Source of the DNA: Anaerolinea sp.
GTDB lineage: Bacteria > Chloroflexota > Limnocylindria > Limnocylindrales > CSP1-4
Assembly (NCBI GenBank): GCA_013822395.1
Contig: PNKK01000013.1
Location: 4,723 to 68,722 of the forward strand
Reading direction: 5' to 3'
Length of the DNA: 64,000 nt
Shown here: positions 17,842 to 26,179 of the stretch, piece after piece
How positions within the stretch are numbered: the first letter of the stretch is position 1
Layout: every line of letters begins with the position of its first letter
Translations under genes and position numbers: made by a program
Notes under the pieces: model-generated
Told to the model about the DNA's origin: nothing
What the model saw: only the letters and a program-made list of their open reading frames with translations
The model's database searches: none

Positions 17842-18759
17842 GTGCGCTCACTCGCGTCCTCGCCGGCACCTTCGTCCGCACTCGGCTTGACGCGCCCTCG
17901 GGAGCGCCCGCTCGTCATCGGCTGCGGCGCGCTCGCCAAAGAGCTGGCGGCGCTGACGCGTCGGGCCGGCTTTCCCGAGGTGGACCTGACGTGCCTGCCG
18001 GCCACTCTTCACAACCGTCCGGAGCGGATCCCGGAGGCGGTTCGTGCCCGGATCAAGCGCGCCCGCGCGGCCGGCCGCCAGCGGCTCTTCGTCGCTTATG
18101 CGGACTGTGGCACGGGTGGGATGCTGGACCGCGTCCTCGAGGAGGAGGGCGTCGCCCGCCTGGAGGGCGCCCACTGCTACGAGGTCTACGCCGGCCGCGC
18201 CGCCTTCATGGCCCTCGCCGAGGAAGAGCCGGGAACGTTCTACCTCACCGACTTCCTCGCCCGGAACTTCGAGAGACTTGTGATCCGCGGTCTCGGACTG
18301 GACCGCCACCCGGAGCTGCTGCCGCTCTATTTCGGGAGCTACACGCGGCTGCTCTACCTCGCTCAGACGGACGATGCCGCGCTCACGGCTGCCGCCCGCA
18401 GCGGCGCCGAACGCCTCGGCCTGCGCTTCGAGCGCCGGTATACGGGCTACGGCGAGCTCGTCCCGGCGATGACGGCCCTCACCTCGTCGGAGGCGGGGGC
18501 GTTTGCACCAGGTGCAAGCAACTCGGCATCGACGGCCGATCCCGGCGCCCGATCGGTCATTTCCTTGCCGCGCATGCACGAAATCGATGACATCGAGGTC
18601 GATGGGGTGCCCATGTTGCAGGTGGCGCAAAGGAATCGCCCCGGCGGGGTCGCGGCACGAAGTTGCTTGCATCCCGTGCAACGCGTCGACGAATCGTTGC
18701 ACCCGGTGCAGGGAATCGGCTGGACGCCGCCAGCGATCGCGATCGGGGGCCCCCGCTGA
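17842..18759 (+). CDS. DUF1638 domain protein with about 90-aa C-terminal extension
   Basis: PLVIGCGALAKEL...LHNRPERIP...ADCGTGGMLD...CYEVY...TFYLTDFL matches DUF1638, a family that accompanies corrinoid methyltransferase clusters. Start assigned to the in-frame GTG at 17842. The tail (18490-18757) contains the TTGCA palindromes. Confidence 0.7.
   Translation: MRSLASSPAPSSALGLTRPRERPLVIGCGALAKELAALTRRAGFPEVDLTCLPATLHNRPERIPEAVRARIKRARAAGRQRLFVAYADCGTGGMLDRVLEEEGVARLEGAHCYEVYAGRAAFMALAEEEPGTFYLTDFLARNFERLVIRGLGLDRHPELLPLYFGSYTRLLYLAQTDDAALTAAARSGAERLGLRFERRYTGYGELVPAMTALTSSEAGAFAPGASNSASTADPGARSVISLPRMHEIDDIEVDGVPMLQVAQRNRPGGVAARSCLHPVQRVDESLHPVQGIGWTPPAIAIGGPR
18503..18711. repeat. four TTGCA-N5-TGCAA palindromic 15-mers
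   Basis: TTGCAccaggTGCAA 18503-18517 (perfect 7+1+7), TTGCAggtggCGCAA 18616-18630, TTGCAtcccgTGCAA 18667-18681, TTGCAcccggTGCAG 18697-18711. Confidence 0.7.
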
Positions 18760-19088
18760 TGGCCGCCACGCTGACCGTGATCTGGTGGCGGGACATTCCC
18801 GCCCAGGTCGTGGCGAAGGACCGGCGCGAGGCCCACAAGGTCGTGCTGCATCCGCGCTTCCAGGTGGCGATCGACAAGGCCGCGATGAAGGGGGGTCGGA
18901 AGGAGTTCGGCGACTACATCGAGGAGTGGCGCCGCGAGGCCCGCCCGTGCGGCGACGACCTGCTGGCCGAGGCGGCGGCCGAGGCGGCGCGCCTCGAGGC
19001 GCAGTACACGAGGGAGGTCCTGGCGCGACTCGTCGCGGCCGGCGGCCTCGATCCCGCTCGAAGCGTCCCGAAGGATGGACCCGCATGA
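18759..19088 (+). CDS. small accessory protein of methyltransferase clusters (virulence-factor-domain-like)
   Basis: 109 aa (MAATLTVIWWRDIPAQVVAKD...). ATGA overlaps at both ends. Resembles the small conserved protein found beside MtrH-like genes. Function unknown. Confidence 0.6.
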   Translation: MAATLTVIWWRDIPAQVVAKDRREAHKVVLHPRFQVAIDKAAMKGGRKEFGDYIEEWRREARPCGDDLLAEAAAEAARLEAQYTREVLARLVAAGGLDPARSVPKDGPA

Positions 19089-20128
19089 CCCATACCGTCG
19101 TCTCGTCGGCCACGAAGGAGATCGTCCTCGGGTTCGACCGCCCGTTCGTGATCATCGGCGAGCGGATCAACCCGACCGGGCGAAAGCTCCTCGCCGAGGA
19201 GATGCGCGCGGGCGATTTCAGCCGCGTCGAGCGCGACGCGATCGCCCAGGTCGAGGCAGGGGCCCACATGCTCGATGTCAACGCGGGCATCCCCCTCGCG
19301 GACGAGCCCGGAATCCTGGCCCGGACGGTCCAGCTCGTCCAGTCGCTCGTGGACGTGCCCCTGTCGATCGACTCCTCGATCGTGGAAGCCCTCGAGGCCG
19401 GCCTCGCCGTCTACCGGGGCAAGGCGCTCGTCAACAGCGTGACCGGCGAGGAGGAACGCATGGAGCGCGTCCTGCCGTTGATCCGGAAGTACGGCGCCGC
19501 GGTCGTGGCGATCTCCAACGACGACACCGGGATCAGCGAGGACCCGGACGTCCGGTTCGCGGTCGCCAAGCGGATCGTCGAGCGGGCCGCGGACCACGGC
19601 ATCCCACGCAAGGACATCGTCGTGGATCCCCTCGTCATGCCGATCGGGGCGATGCGAACGGCCGGTCAGCAGGTCTTCCGGCTCGTCCGCCGCCTCCGCG
19701 AGGAGCTCGGCGTGAATTCAACCTGTGGCGCCTCCAACGTGAGCTTCGGCCTGCCGAACCGGGAGGGGATCAACGCGGCCTTTCTGCCCATGGCGATCGC
19801 GTCCGGTCTGACCTCGGCGATCACGAACCCGCTCTCGGCGGACGTCCGGGCCGCGATCATGGCCGCCGACGTCCTGATGGGCAACGACCAGGACGCCGCT
19901 CGCTGGATCCGGGCGAACCGCGCACCCACCCCGGAGGCCGGCATGGGCAGCGGGCCCGATGGGGCCGCCGCGGCGGGCGAGCGCGGGCGCCGGGTCAACC
20001 GGCGGGCGCTCGCGGCAGCGGGCAACGCCGCCGGCGGAGGCAGCTCCGCGGGCGGAGGAGACGCCGTGGTCGGAGACAACCCCGTGGTCGGAGGGGGCAT
20101 CGTGACCGGAGGCGGCGGCGCGTCGTGA
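19085..20128 (+). CDS. methyltetrahydrofolate:corrinoid methyltransferase (pterin-binding, MtrH/MtgA-like)
   Basis: 347 aa. IIGERINPTGRK, LDVNAG, ALVNSVTGEE and CGASNVSFGLPNR are pterin-binding TIM-barrel signatures. Gly-rich tail. Confidence 0.85.
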   Translation: MTHTVVSSATKEIVLGFDRPFVIIGERINPTGRKLLAEEMRAGDFSRVERDAIAQVEAGAHMLDVNAGIPLADEPGILARTVQLVQSLVDVPLSIDSSIVEALEAGLAVYRGKALVNSVTGEEERMERVLPLIRKYGAAVVAISNDDTGISEDPDVRFAVAKRIVERAADHGIPRKDIVVDPLVMPIGAMRTAGQQVFRLVRRLREELGVNSTCGASNVSFGLPNREGINAAFLPMAIASGLTSAITNPLSADVRAAIMAADVLMGNDQDAARWIRANRAPTPEAGMGSGPDGAAAAGERGRRVNRRALAAAGNAAGGGSSAGGGDAVVGDNPVVGGGIVTGGGGAS

Positions 20129-22245
20129 CCGCCGGCGCAGACCCGCTCGTCATCTTCACCCCCTCTGGGCGGCGGGGCCGGTTCGCCGCCGGGACGACGG
20201 TCCTCGATGCCGCCCGCGCCCTCGGCGTCGACCTCGACTCCGTGTGCGGCGGGCGCGGGCTGTGCGGCCGCTGTCAGGTTCGGCCCGGTGAGGGCGAGCT
20301 CCCGAAGCACGGCATCACCTCGTCCGGTGGCCACCTCTCCCCGGCCGGCGCGGACGAGGCGGAGTTCGACCGGCGGCGCGGCCTCGCGGCGGATCGGCGG
20401 CTCGGCTGTCGCGCGGCGATCTACGGCGACGTGCTCGTCGATGTGCCGCCCGAGAGCCAGGTCCACCGGCAGGTCATCAGGAAAGGTGTCCCGGTGCGGG
20501 ACTTCGTCATCGATCCCGTCGTCCGCCTCTTTGAGGTCGAGGTCGAGCGGCCAACGCTCGAGACGCCCGGCGGCGACCTCGCTCGCTTGCTCGCCGCCCT
20601 CAACCGTGAGTGGAGCCTCGATGGGCTGGTGGCGGACCTTGATGTCATCCGCGCGCTCCAGCCGGCGCTGGAGGCGGGCGACCACCGCGTCACCGTCGCG
20701 GTGCACGACGGACGGGACATCACCGCGATCTGGCCGGGCCTCCACGACCGGGCGCTCGGCATCGCGATCGACGTCGGCTCCACCACGATCGCCGGTCACC
20801 TCGCGGACCTTGCCGACGGCGCGGTCCTCGCCTCGGACGGCGTGATGAACCCGCAGATCCGGTTCGGCGAGGACCTCATGAGCCGCGTCTCGTTCGCGAT
20901 GCTCCACGAGGGCGGCGCCGCCGAGATGACCCGCGCGGTTCGCGACGCGCTGGGGACCCTGATCACCGGGCTCGCCGCCGGCGCCGGGGTGGACGCCGGC
21001 GACATCCTCGAGGTCACGCTCGTCGGCAACCCGATCATGCATCACCTCGTGCTGGGCATCGATCCCGTGCCGCTCGGCTCGGCGCCGTTCGCGCTGGCCA
21101 CGGACGGGGCGGTCCGGACCACGGCCCGCGAGCTGGGCCTCCCCCTTCGCCCGGGCGCGCGCGTCTACCTGCTGCCGTGCATCGCCGGCCACGTGGGCGC
21201 GGACGCGGCGGGTGCGATCCTCGCCGAGACTCCGTACCTGTCCGACGAGCTGACGCTCCTCGTGGACGTCGGTACGAATGCTGAGATCGTCCTCGGCAAT
21301 CGCGAGCGGCTCCTCGCGGCGAGCTCGCCCACGGGCCCCGCCTTCGAGGGTGCCCAGATCAGCTGTGGCCAGCGGGCGGCGCCCGGCGCCATCGAGCGGG
21401 TCCGAATCGACCGCGAGACGCTCGAACCGCAGTTCCGGGTCATCGGGTCCGGCCGCTGGTCGGACGAGACCGGCTTCGCGGCCTCCACCCGACGGACGGG
21501 CATCACCGGCGTCTGCGGGTCGGGGATCGTGGAGGTGATCGCCGAGCTGTTCCTGGCCGGCGTCATCACGGCGGACGGGACGATCGACGGGTCGCTGGCC
21601 GCCCGGAGCCCGCGGATCGTCAGGGACGGACGGACGTGGTCGTACGTGCTCCACGAGGGTGCGGCGCCGGCCGGCGAGGGGCTGCCCGGCAGCCCGCGCC
21701 TGGCGATCACCCAGAACGACGTCCGGGCGATCCAGCTCGCGAAGGCCGCGCTGTATGCGGGCGCGCGGCTGCTCATGGACCACCTCGGCGTCGAGACCGT
21801 GGACCGGGTCAGGCTTGCCGGTGCGTTCGGCAGCCAGATCGACCCGCTCCACGCGATGGTCCTGGGGCTCGTGCCGGACGCCCCGCTGGACCGCGTTGGC
21901 CCGGCGGGCAATGCCGCGGGCACCGGCGCCCTCATCGCCCTGCTGTCCGGCGAGGCCCGCCGAGAGATCGAGGCGGTCGTTCGTCGGGTCGAGAAGATCG
22001 AGACCGCGATCGAGCCGCGCTTCCAGGAGCACTTCGTGAACGCCATGGCCATCCCCCACGGGACCGCGCCAACGCCGAACCTGGCCGCGACGGTGCTGCT
22101 CCCCACCCGCCCTGCCGCGCCGGCCGTGGATGGCGCGAGCTCCGGCCGGCCGGGTGGCCCGGCCCAGCTCGGCAGCTCAGCCACCATCCACGGGCGCAGA
22201 ATCAACCGGCGACGGACGGCCGCCGCCGCGACGGAGGAACGCTGA
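20125..22245 (+). CDS. corrinoid reductive activation protein (2Fe-2S ferredoxin + ASKHA ATPase, RACo-type)
   Basis: GTG at 20125 (GTGA overlap). N-terminal CGGRGLCGRCQV plant-type 2Fe-2S motif. Large DUF4445/ASKHA-like body (IAIDVGSTTIAGH, DVGTNAEIV, GICGSG-like GVCGSGIV). Confidence 0.8.
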   Translation: MTAGADPLVIFTPSGRRGRFAAGTTVLDAARALGVDLDSVCGGRGLCGRCQVRPGEGELPKHGITSSGGHLSPAGADEAEFDRRRGLAADRRLGCRAAIYGDVLVDVPPESQVHRQVIRKGVPVRDFVIDPVVRLFEVEVERPTLETPGGDLARLLAALNREWSLDGLVADLDVIRALQPALEAGDHRVTVAVHDGRDITAIWPGLHDRALGIAIDVGSTTIAGHLADLADGAVLASDGVMNPQIRFGEDLMSRVSFAMLHEGGAAEMTRAVRDALGTLITGLAAGAGVDAGDILEVTLVGNPIMHHLVLGIDPVPLGSAPFALATDGAVRTTARELGLPLRPGARVYLLPCIAGHVGADAAGAILAETPYLSDELTLLVDVGTNAEIVLGNRERLLAASSPTGPAFEGAQISCGQRAAPGAIERVRIDRETLEPQFRVIGSGRWSDETGFAASTRRTGITGVCGSGIVEVIAELFLAGVITADGTIDGSLAARSPRIVRDGRTWSYVLHEGAAPAGEGLPGSPRLAITQNDVRAIQLAKAALYAGARLLMDHLGVETVDRVRLAGAFGSQIDPLHAMVLGLVPDAPLDRVGPAGNAAGTGALIALLSGEARREIEAVVRRVEKIETAIEPRFQEHFVNAMAIPHGTAPTPNLAATVLLPTRPAAPAVDGASSGRPGGPAQLGSSATIHGRRINRRRTAAAATEER

Positions 22246-23783
22246 TGCATGAAGGTCCTCGCCACCGCACCGGCGGCCGCGCTGGGCGCATGGCGGCCCG
22301 CCTGGCCGCCCACGTCGAGGCCGCACCGTTCCTGACCCGGACGCTGAAGCCGTTCGAGGTCCTGGACGAGGAGGGCCTGTCGCTCATCGAGGCCAACGCC
22401 GACACGATCCTCGAGGAGGTCGGCATCGAGTTCCGCGGCGACCCCGATGCGCTCCGACTCCTCCGCGAGGCCGGTGCGGACGTCGCGGGCGAGCTCGTCC
22501 GGTTTCCCCGCGGGATGTGCCGCCGGATCGTCCAGGCGTCGGCCCCTCGGATCTTCACCCAGCACGCCAGGAACCCCGAGCGGACCGTGAAGATCGGTGA
22601 CCCATACACCGTCCTCGCCCCGAACTACGGCTCGCCGTTCGTCCGTGACCTCGACAACGGCCGGCGCTACGGGACGATCGAGGACTTCCGGAATTTCGTG
22701 AAGCTCACCTACCTGAGCCCGCACCTCCACCACTCCGGAGGCACCGTCTGCGAGCCCGTGGACGTGCCGGTCAACAAGCGCCATCTCGACATGGTCTATT
22801 CGCACATCCGGTACTCGGACAAGCCGTTCATGGGCTCGGTCACCCACCCGTCGCGGGCCGCCGACACGGTCGAGCTGGCGAAGATCGCGTTCGGCGCGGA
22901 CTACGTCCGCGACCACACGGTGATCCTCAGCCTGATCAACGCGAACTCGCCGCTCGTCTGGGACTCGACGATGCTCGGCGCGGCCCGCGCCTACGCGACC
23001 AACAACCAGGCGACGCTCATCACCCCGTTCATCCTTGCGGGGGCGATGTCACCGGTGACGGTGGCCGGAACGGCGGCGCAGACGCTCGCCGAGGCGCTCG
23101 CTGGGATGACCTTCGTCCAGCTCACCCGGCCGGGAGCGCCGGTGGTCCTGGGGAGCTTTGCCAGCTCGATCTCGATGCAGTCGGGCGCTCCGACGTTCGG
23201 GACCCCGGAACCGGCCCTTGTCCTGTACACAATGGCCGCCCTCGCCCGGCGCCTTGGTGTCCCGTTCCGGTCCGGCGGCAACCTGTGCGCGTCGAAGGTC
23301 GCCGACGCGCAGGCGGCCTACGAGTCCGCCGCCACGTTCCAGCCGACGATCCTCGCCGGGGTCAACTTCGTTCTCCATGCGGCCGGCTGGCTGGAGGGCG
23401 GCCTGGCGATCGGCTACGAGAAATTCATCATGGACGCGGACCAGTGCGGGATGGCCGCCGTCTTCGTGAGGGGCGTGGACCTGTCGCCCAACGGCCAGGC
23501 CCTCGACGCCATCCGGGAGAACGGGCCCGGCGTCCACTTCCTCGGCAACAGCCATACGCTGGCGAACTTCGAGACCGCCTTCTACCGCTCCGAGATCGCG
23601 GACAACAACTCCTACGAGCAGTGGCTGGAGGACGGTGGCAAGGACGCCGCCGTGCGCGCGAACGCGATCTGGAAGCGGATGCTGGCCGAGTACGAAGCGC
23701 CGCCGATCGACGACGCCATCGACGAGGCGCTCCTCGAGTTCATCGTCCGCCGCAAGGCGTCCTTCCCCGACTCGGAGGTCTGA
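22245..23783 (+). CDS. MttB-superfamily (trimethylamine methyltransferase family) substrate:corrinoid methyltransferase, non-pyrrolysine
   Basis: 512 aa from the ATG at 22245 (ATGA overlap). The length and sequence look like MttB/MtgB TIM-barrel proteins. The frame is uninterrupted, with no in-frame TAG. Confidence 0.8.
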   Translation: MHEGPRHRTGGRAGRMAARLAAHVEAAPFLTRTLKPFEVLDEEGLSLIEANADTILEEVGIEFRGDPDALRLLREAGADVAGELVRFPRGMCRRIVQASAPRIFTQHARNPERTVKIGDPYTVLAPNYGSPFVRDLDNGRRYGTIEDFRNFVKLTYLSPHLHHSGGTVCEPVDVPVNKRHLDMVYSHIRYSDKPFMGSVTHPSRAADTVELAKIAFGADYVRDHTVILSLINANSPLVWDSTMLGAARAYATNNQATLITPFILAGAMSPVTVAGTAAQTLAEALAGMTFVQLTRPGAPVVLGSFASSISMQSGAPTFGTPEPALVLYTMAALARRLGVPFRSGGNLCASKVADAQAAYESAATFQPTILAGVNFVLHAAGWLEGGLAIGYEKFIMDADQCGMAAVFVRGVDLSPNGQALDAIRENGPGVHFLGNSHTLANFETAFYRSEIADNNSYEQWLEDGGKDAAVRANAIWKRMLAEYEAPPIDDAIDEALLEFIVRRKASFPDSEV

Positions 23784-23785
23784 GC

Positions 23786-24676
23786 GTGGCCTTCCCCAGG
23801 CACCGATCGCGCCTCGACGATGCGGGCCGCGCGGCCCTCATCCGCGTCCTCGAGGCGCCGACCTTCGAGCTCATCCCGCTGAAGAACGCCGACGATCAGG
23901 CGAGCCACCTCCCGGCCGGCGCCACGGTCTCGGTCACTGCGTCGCCGGCGAAGGGCCTCATGGCGACAGCCGAGCTGTCGCTCCGTCTCCACGAGCGCGG
24001 GCTGCGCGTCGTGCCCCACCTGTCGGCCCGCCTGACCCGCGACCGCCGGGAGCTGCTCGCGTACCTCGCGCCGCTCCGGGATGCTGGGATCGATCGCCTG
24101 TTCGTGGTCGGCGGCGACCCGGAGGAGCCGGGTGACTATCCCGACGCGCTGAGCGTACTCCGGGAGATGGCCGACCTCGGCGTGCTCCCAGCCGAGATCG
24201 GGATCGGCGGCTACCCCGACGGCCACGCGTTCATCCCCGACGAGTGGCTCGACGCGGCCCTTGCGGCCAAGGCGCCGTTCGCCTCGTACCTCACCACCCA
24301 GCTGTGCTTCGACCCGAAGGCGATCGCGACCTGGATCGAGGGTCGTCGTGCGGCCGGGATCACGCTGCCGATCAAGCTCGGAATCCCGGCGGTCGCCCAG
24401 ATCCCCAAGCTCATCGAGATCTCCGCGCGGATCGGGGTCCGCGACGCCTCCAAGTTCATCATGAAGAACACGGCGTTCGTCGGGCAGCTGATCGCGTCCG
24501 GCGGGATGTATCGGCCGAACGGCTTCCTCGAGGCCGTCGCGCCGGTCATCGCCGACCCGACGGCCGGGATCGTTGACCTCCACGTCTACACGTTCAACCA
24601 GGTGGTCTCGACCGAAGCCTGGCGACGCGAGTACCTCGCCGCGCTCGGGGCATCGACCGCGGGAGCCGGGGCGTGA
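23786..24676 (+). CDS. metF: methylenetetrahydrofolate reductase
   Basis: 296 aa from the GTG at 23786. FELIPLKN..., VPHLSAR, FVVGGDP, GGYPDGH and TQLCFD follow the MTHFR pattern. Confidence 0.8.
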   Translation: MAFPRHRSRLDDAGRAALIRVLEAPTFELIPLKNADDQASHLPAGATVSVTASPAKGLMATAELSLRLHERGLRVVPHLSARLTRDRRELLAYLAPLRDAGIDRLFVVGGDPEEPGDYPDALSVLREMADLGVLPAEIGIGGYPDGHAFIPDEWLDAALAAKAPFASYLTTQLCFDPKAIATWIEGRRAAGITLPIKLGIPAVAQIPKLIEISARIGVRDASKFIMKNTAFVGQLIASGGMYRPNGFLEAVAPVIADPTAGIVDLHVYTFNQVVSTEAWRREYLAALGASTAGAGA

Positions 24677-25119
24677 CCCCGGACCAGCGCCGCCTGCGCG
24701 ACGCGCTGGCCGCGGTGCCCGAGCGGGTGGCGGCGACCATCGAGGCATCGTCCAGGCCGCCGGATGATGCTCCGGCGCCAGGGGAGTGGTCCGCAAGGCA
24801 GGTCGTCCTCCATCTCGCCGCCGTCGAGGAGGAGGTCTGGCAGGCGCGCCTCGACGCGCTCGCGAGCGAGGCGTTCCCGCACTGGCCGTGGGTGGAGCCG
24901 GGGCTCTGGGCAGGCCCGGGCGGCGACACCTGGGATGGCGCATTGGCCGCCTTCGCAGCGTGCCGCGCGGCGACCGTCGCCCGGCTCGACGCCCTCGACG
25001 CCGACGGCTGGCGCCGGACCGGCCGCCACGCCACCTACGGGATCCTCGATGTCGCCGCGCTGCTCCGCATCCTCCTCGCCCACGACGAAGAGCACCTCGC
25101 GCAGATCGCCACGGGTTGA
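24673..25119 (+). CDS. DinB-family protein
   Basis: 148 aa. WSARQVVLHLAAVEEEVW and the C-terminal LLAHDEEHLAQI His motifs are typical of DinB_2. Confidence 0.8.
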   Translation: MTPDQRRLRDALAAVPERVAATIEASSRPPDDAPAPGEWSARQVVLHLAAVEEEVWQARLDALASEAFPHWPWVEPGLWAGPGGDTWDGALAAFAACRAATVARLDALDADGWRRTGRHATYGILDVAALLRILLAHDEEHLAQIATG

Positions 25120-25121
25120 TC

Positions 25122-25787
25122 TCACCGGCGGGTGGTGCGCCACCACCGCCATCCGGCGAACGCCACCGCGACGGTCGCCCCGCACGGGAGCAGCCAGCCC
25201 AGGCCGCCTGGATCGAACGGGCCACCGGCGACGGCCGCCTCGCCCTCGATGGGCCGGATCCGGACGACCGGCAGGCTCCGATGCCGCTCGAGGAGCTCCG
25301 CCTCGTCAGTTGTGCGCACGTCGCCGACGATCGTTCGCCCGATGAGCCCGAAGCTGGCGATGAGCGCGCGGTACGTCGCCAACCACTCGTCGGGGTCGGT
25401 CACCGGCTCGGCCGTGCCGCGGAACCGCCGGGTCGGCAGGACGACCTCCACCGACGGATCCGCGATGAGGTTGCGCAACCACGACGTGGAGGCGCCGTAG
25501 CCGGCGACGCAGTACACCGCGCCGTCCCCGATGACGTACCCGAGCGGTGCTTCGCGGATCCGGCCGGAGCGGTGTCCACGGGTTCGGAGCAGCATCAGGT
25601 GACCAGTGAGCGGATTGCCGACGAGCCAACCGAATCCGTGCCGGATCAGCGGCGCCATGAAACCACGGTTCAGGACGAGGAACCCGCGCTGGAGCGGCCG
25701 CAGGAGACGGGTCATCACCGGCCCATAGGGGAGCGCCGGCGCGGCTGCGGGCATGGGCGCAGGCTCCCGCTCGACCGTGGTGATCAC
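25122..25787 (-). CDS. deazaflavin-dependent nitroreductase-family (Ddn/DUF385-like) protein with C-terminal TM
   Basis: LLRTRGHRSGRIREAPLGYVIDGDAVYCVAGYGASTSWLRNL-like core, characteristic of the F420-dependent split-barrel family. Confidence 0.75.
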   Translation of the reverse strand: MITTVEREPAPMPAAAPALPYGPVMTRLLRPLQRGFLVLNRGFMAPLIRHGFGWLVGNPLTGHLMLLRTRGHRSGRIREAPLGYVIGDGAVYCVAGYGASTSWLRNLIADPSVEVVLPTRRFRGTAEPVTDPDEWLATYRALIASFGLIGRTIVGDVRTTDEAELLERHRSLPVVRIRPIEGEAAVAGGPFDPGGLGWLLPCGATVAVAFAGWRWWRTTRR

Positions 25788-26179
25788 CCCGGGAGCGTGA
25801 CGCGGCCGACGTCCGACGGCCAGGGTCGAACGGCCCCCTCGGCTACCGCCCGAAGATCCCGCGCCTGATCACTGGATGATCATCTCGCGGTCACCGCCGT
25901 CTCGACGTCAGGCCTCCACCTCCCGACAGGCATCGTTGTCCGGTGTCGTGTTCGCCCAGTGATCAAGGCGCCTCGGAAGGCGGGCTCGCGGCACAGTATT
26001 ACGACGGCGCTGCGACGGTGAGGCTCACGGAGCGCCAAGAATGGTCATGTCGTGATCGTCAATCATGTCAGGGCCGCTGGCGGGACGGAGTCACGGCGCG
26101 ACGCCCGCTCGGCCGTCGAACGGCGGCTCCGCTACCCTGCCCCGTGGCCCGCGACACCTGACCACCGCCGGAGGACCCG

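Noticed and set aside
19075-20124. The upstream part of the 1056-aa ORF 19075-22245
   Set aside because: It is out of frame with and fully overlapping the pterin-binding methyltransferase, whose frame carries the family motifs. The activator starts at GTG 20125 with a GTGA overlap.
19666-22059. 797-aa minus-strand ORF, and the 583-aa ORF at 21165-22916
   Set aside because: Both are antisense to the RACo-type activator and the MttB homolog, which have strong family signatures. Their composition is Arg/Asp/Gly-biased and lacks domains.
22245-23783. An in-frame amber (pyrrolysine) codon in the MttB homolog
   Set aside because: The frame is continuous from ATG 22245 to the stop at 23783 with no internal TAG. 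No pyl genes are visible, so this is a non-Pyl family member.
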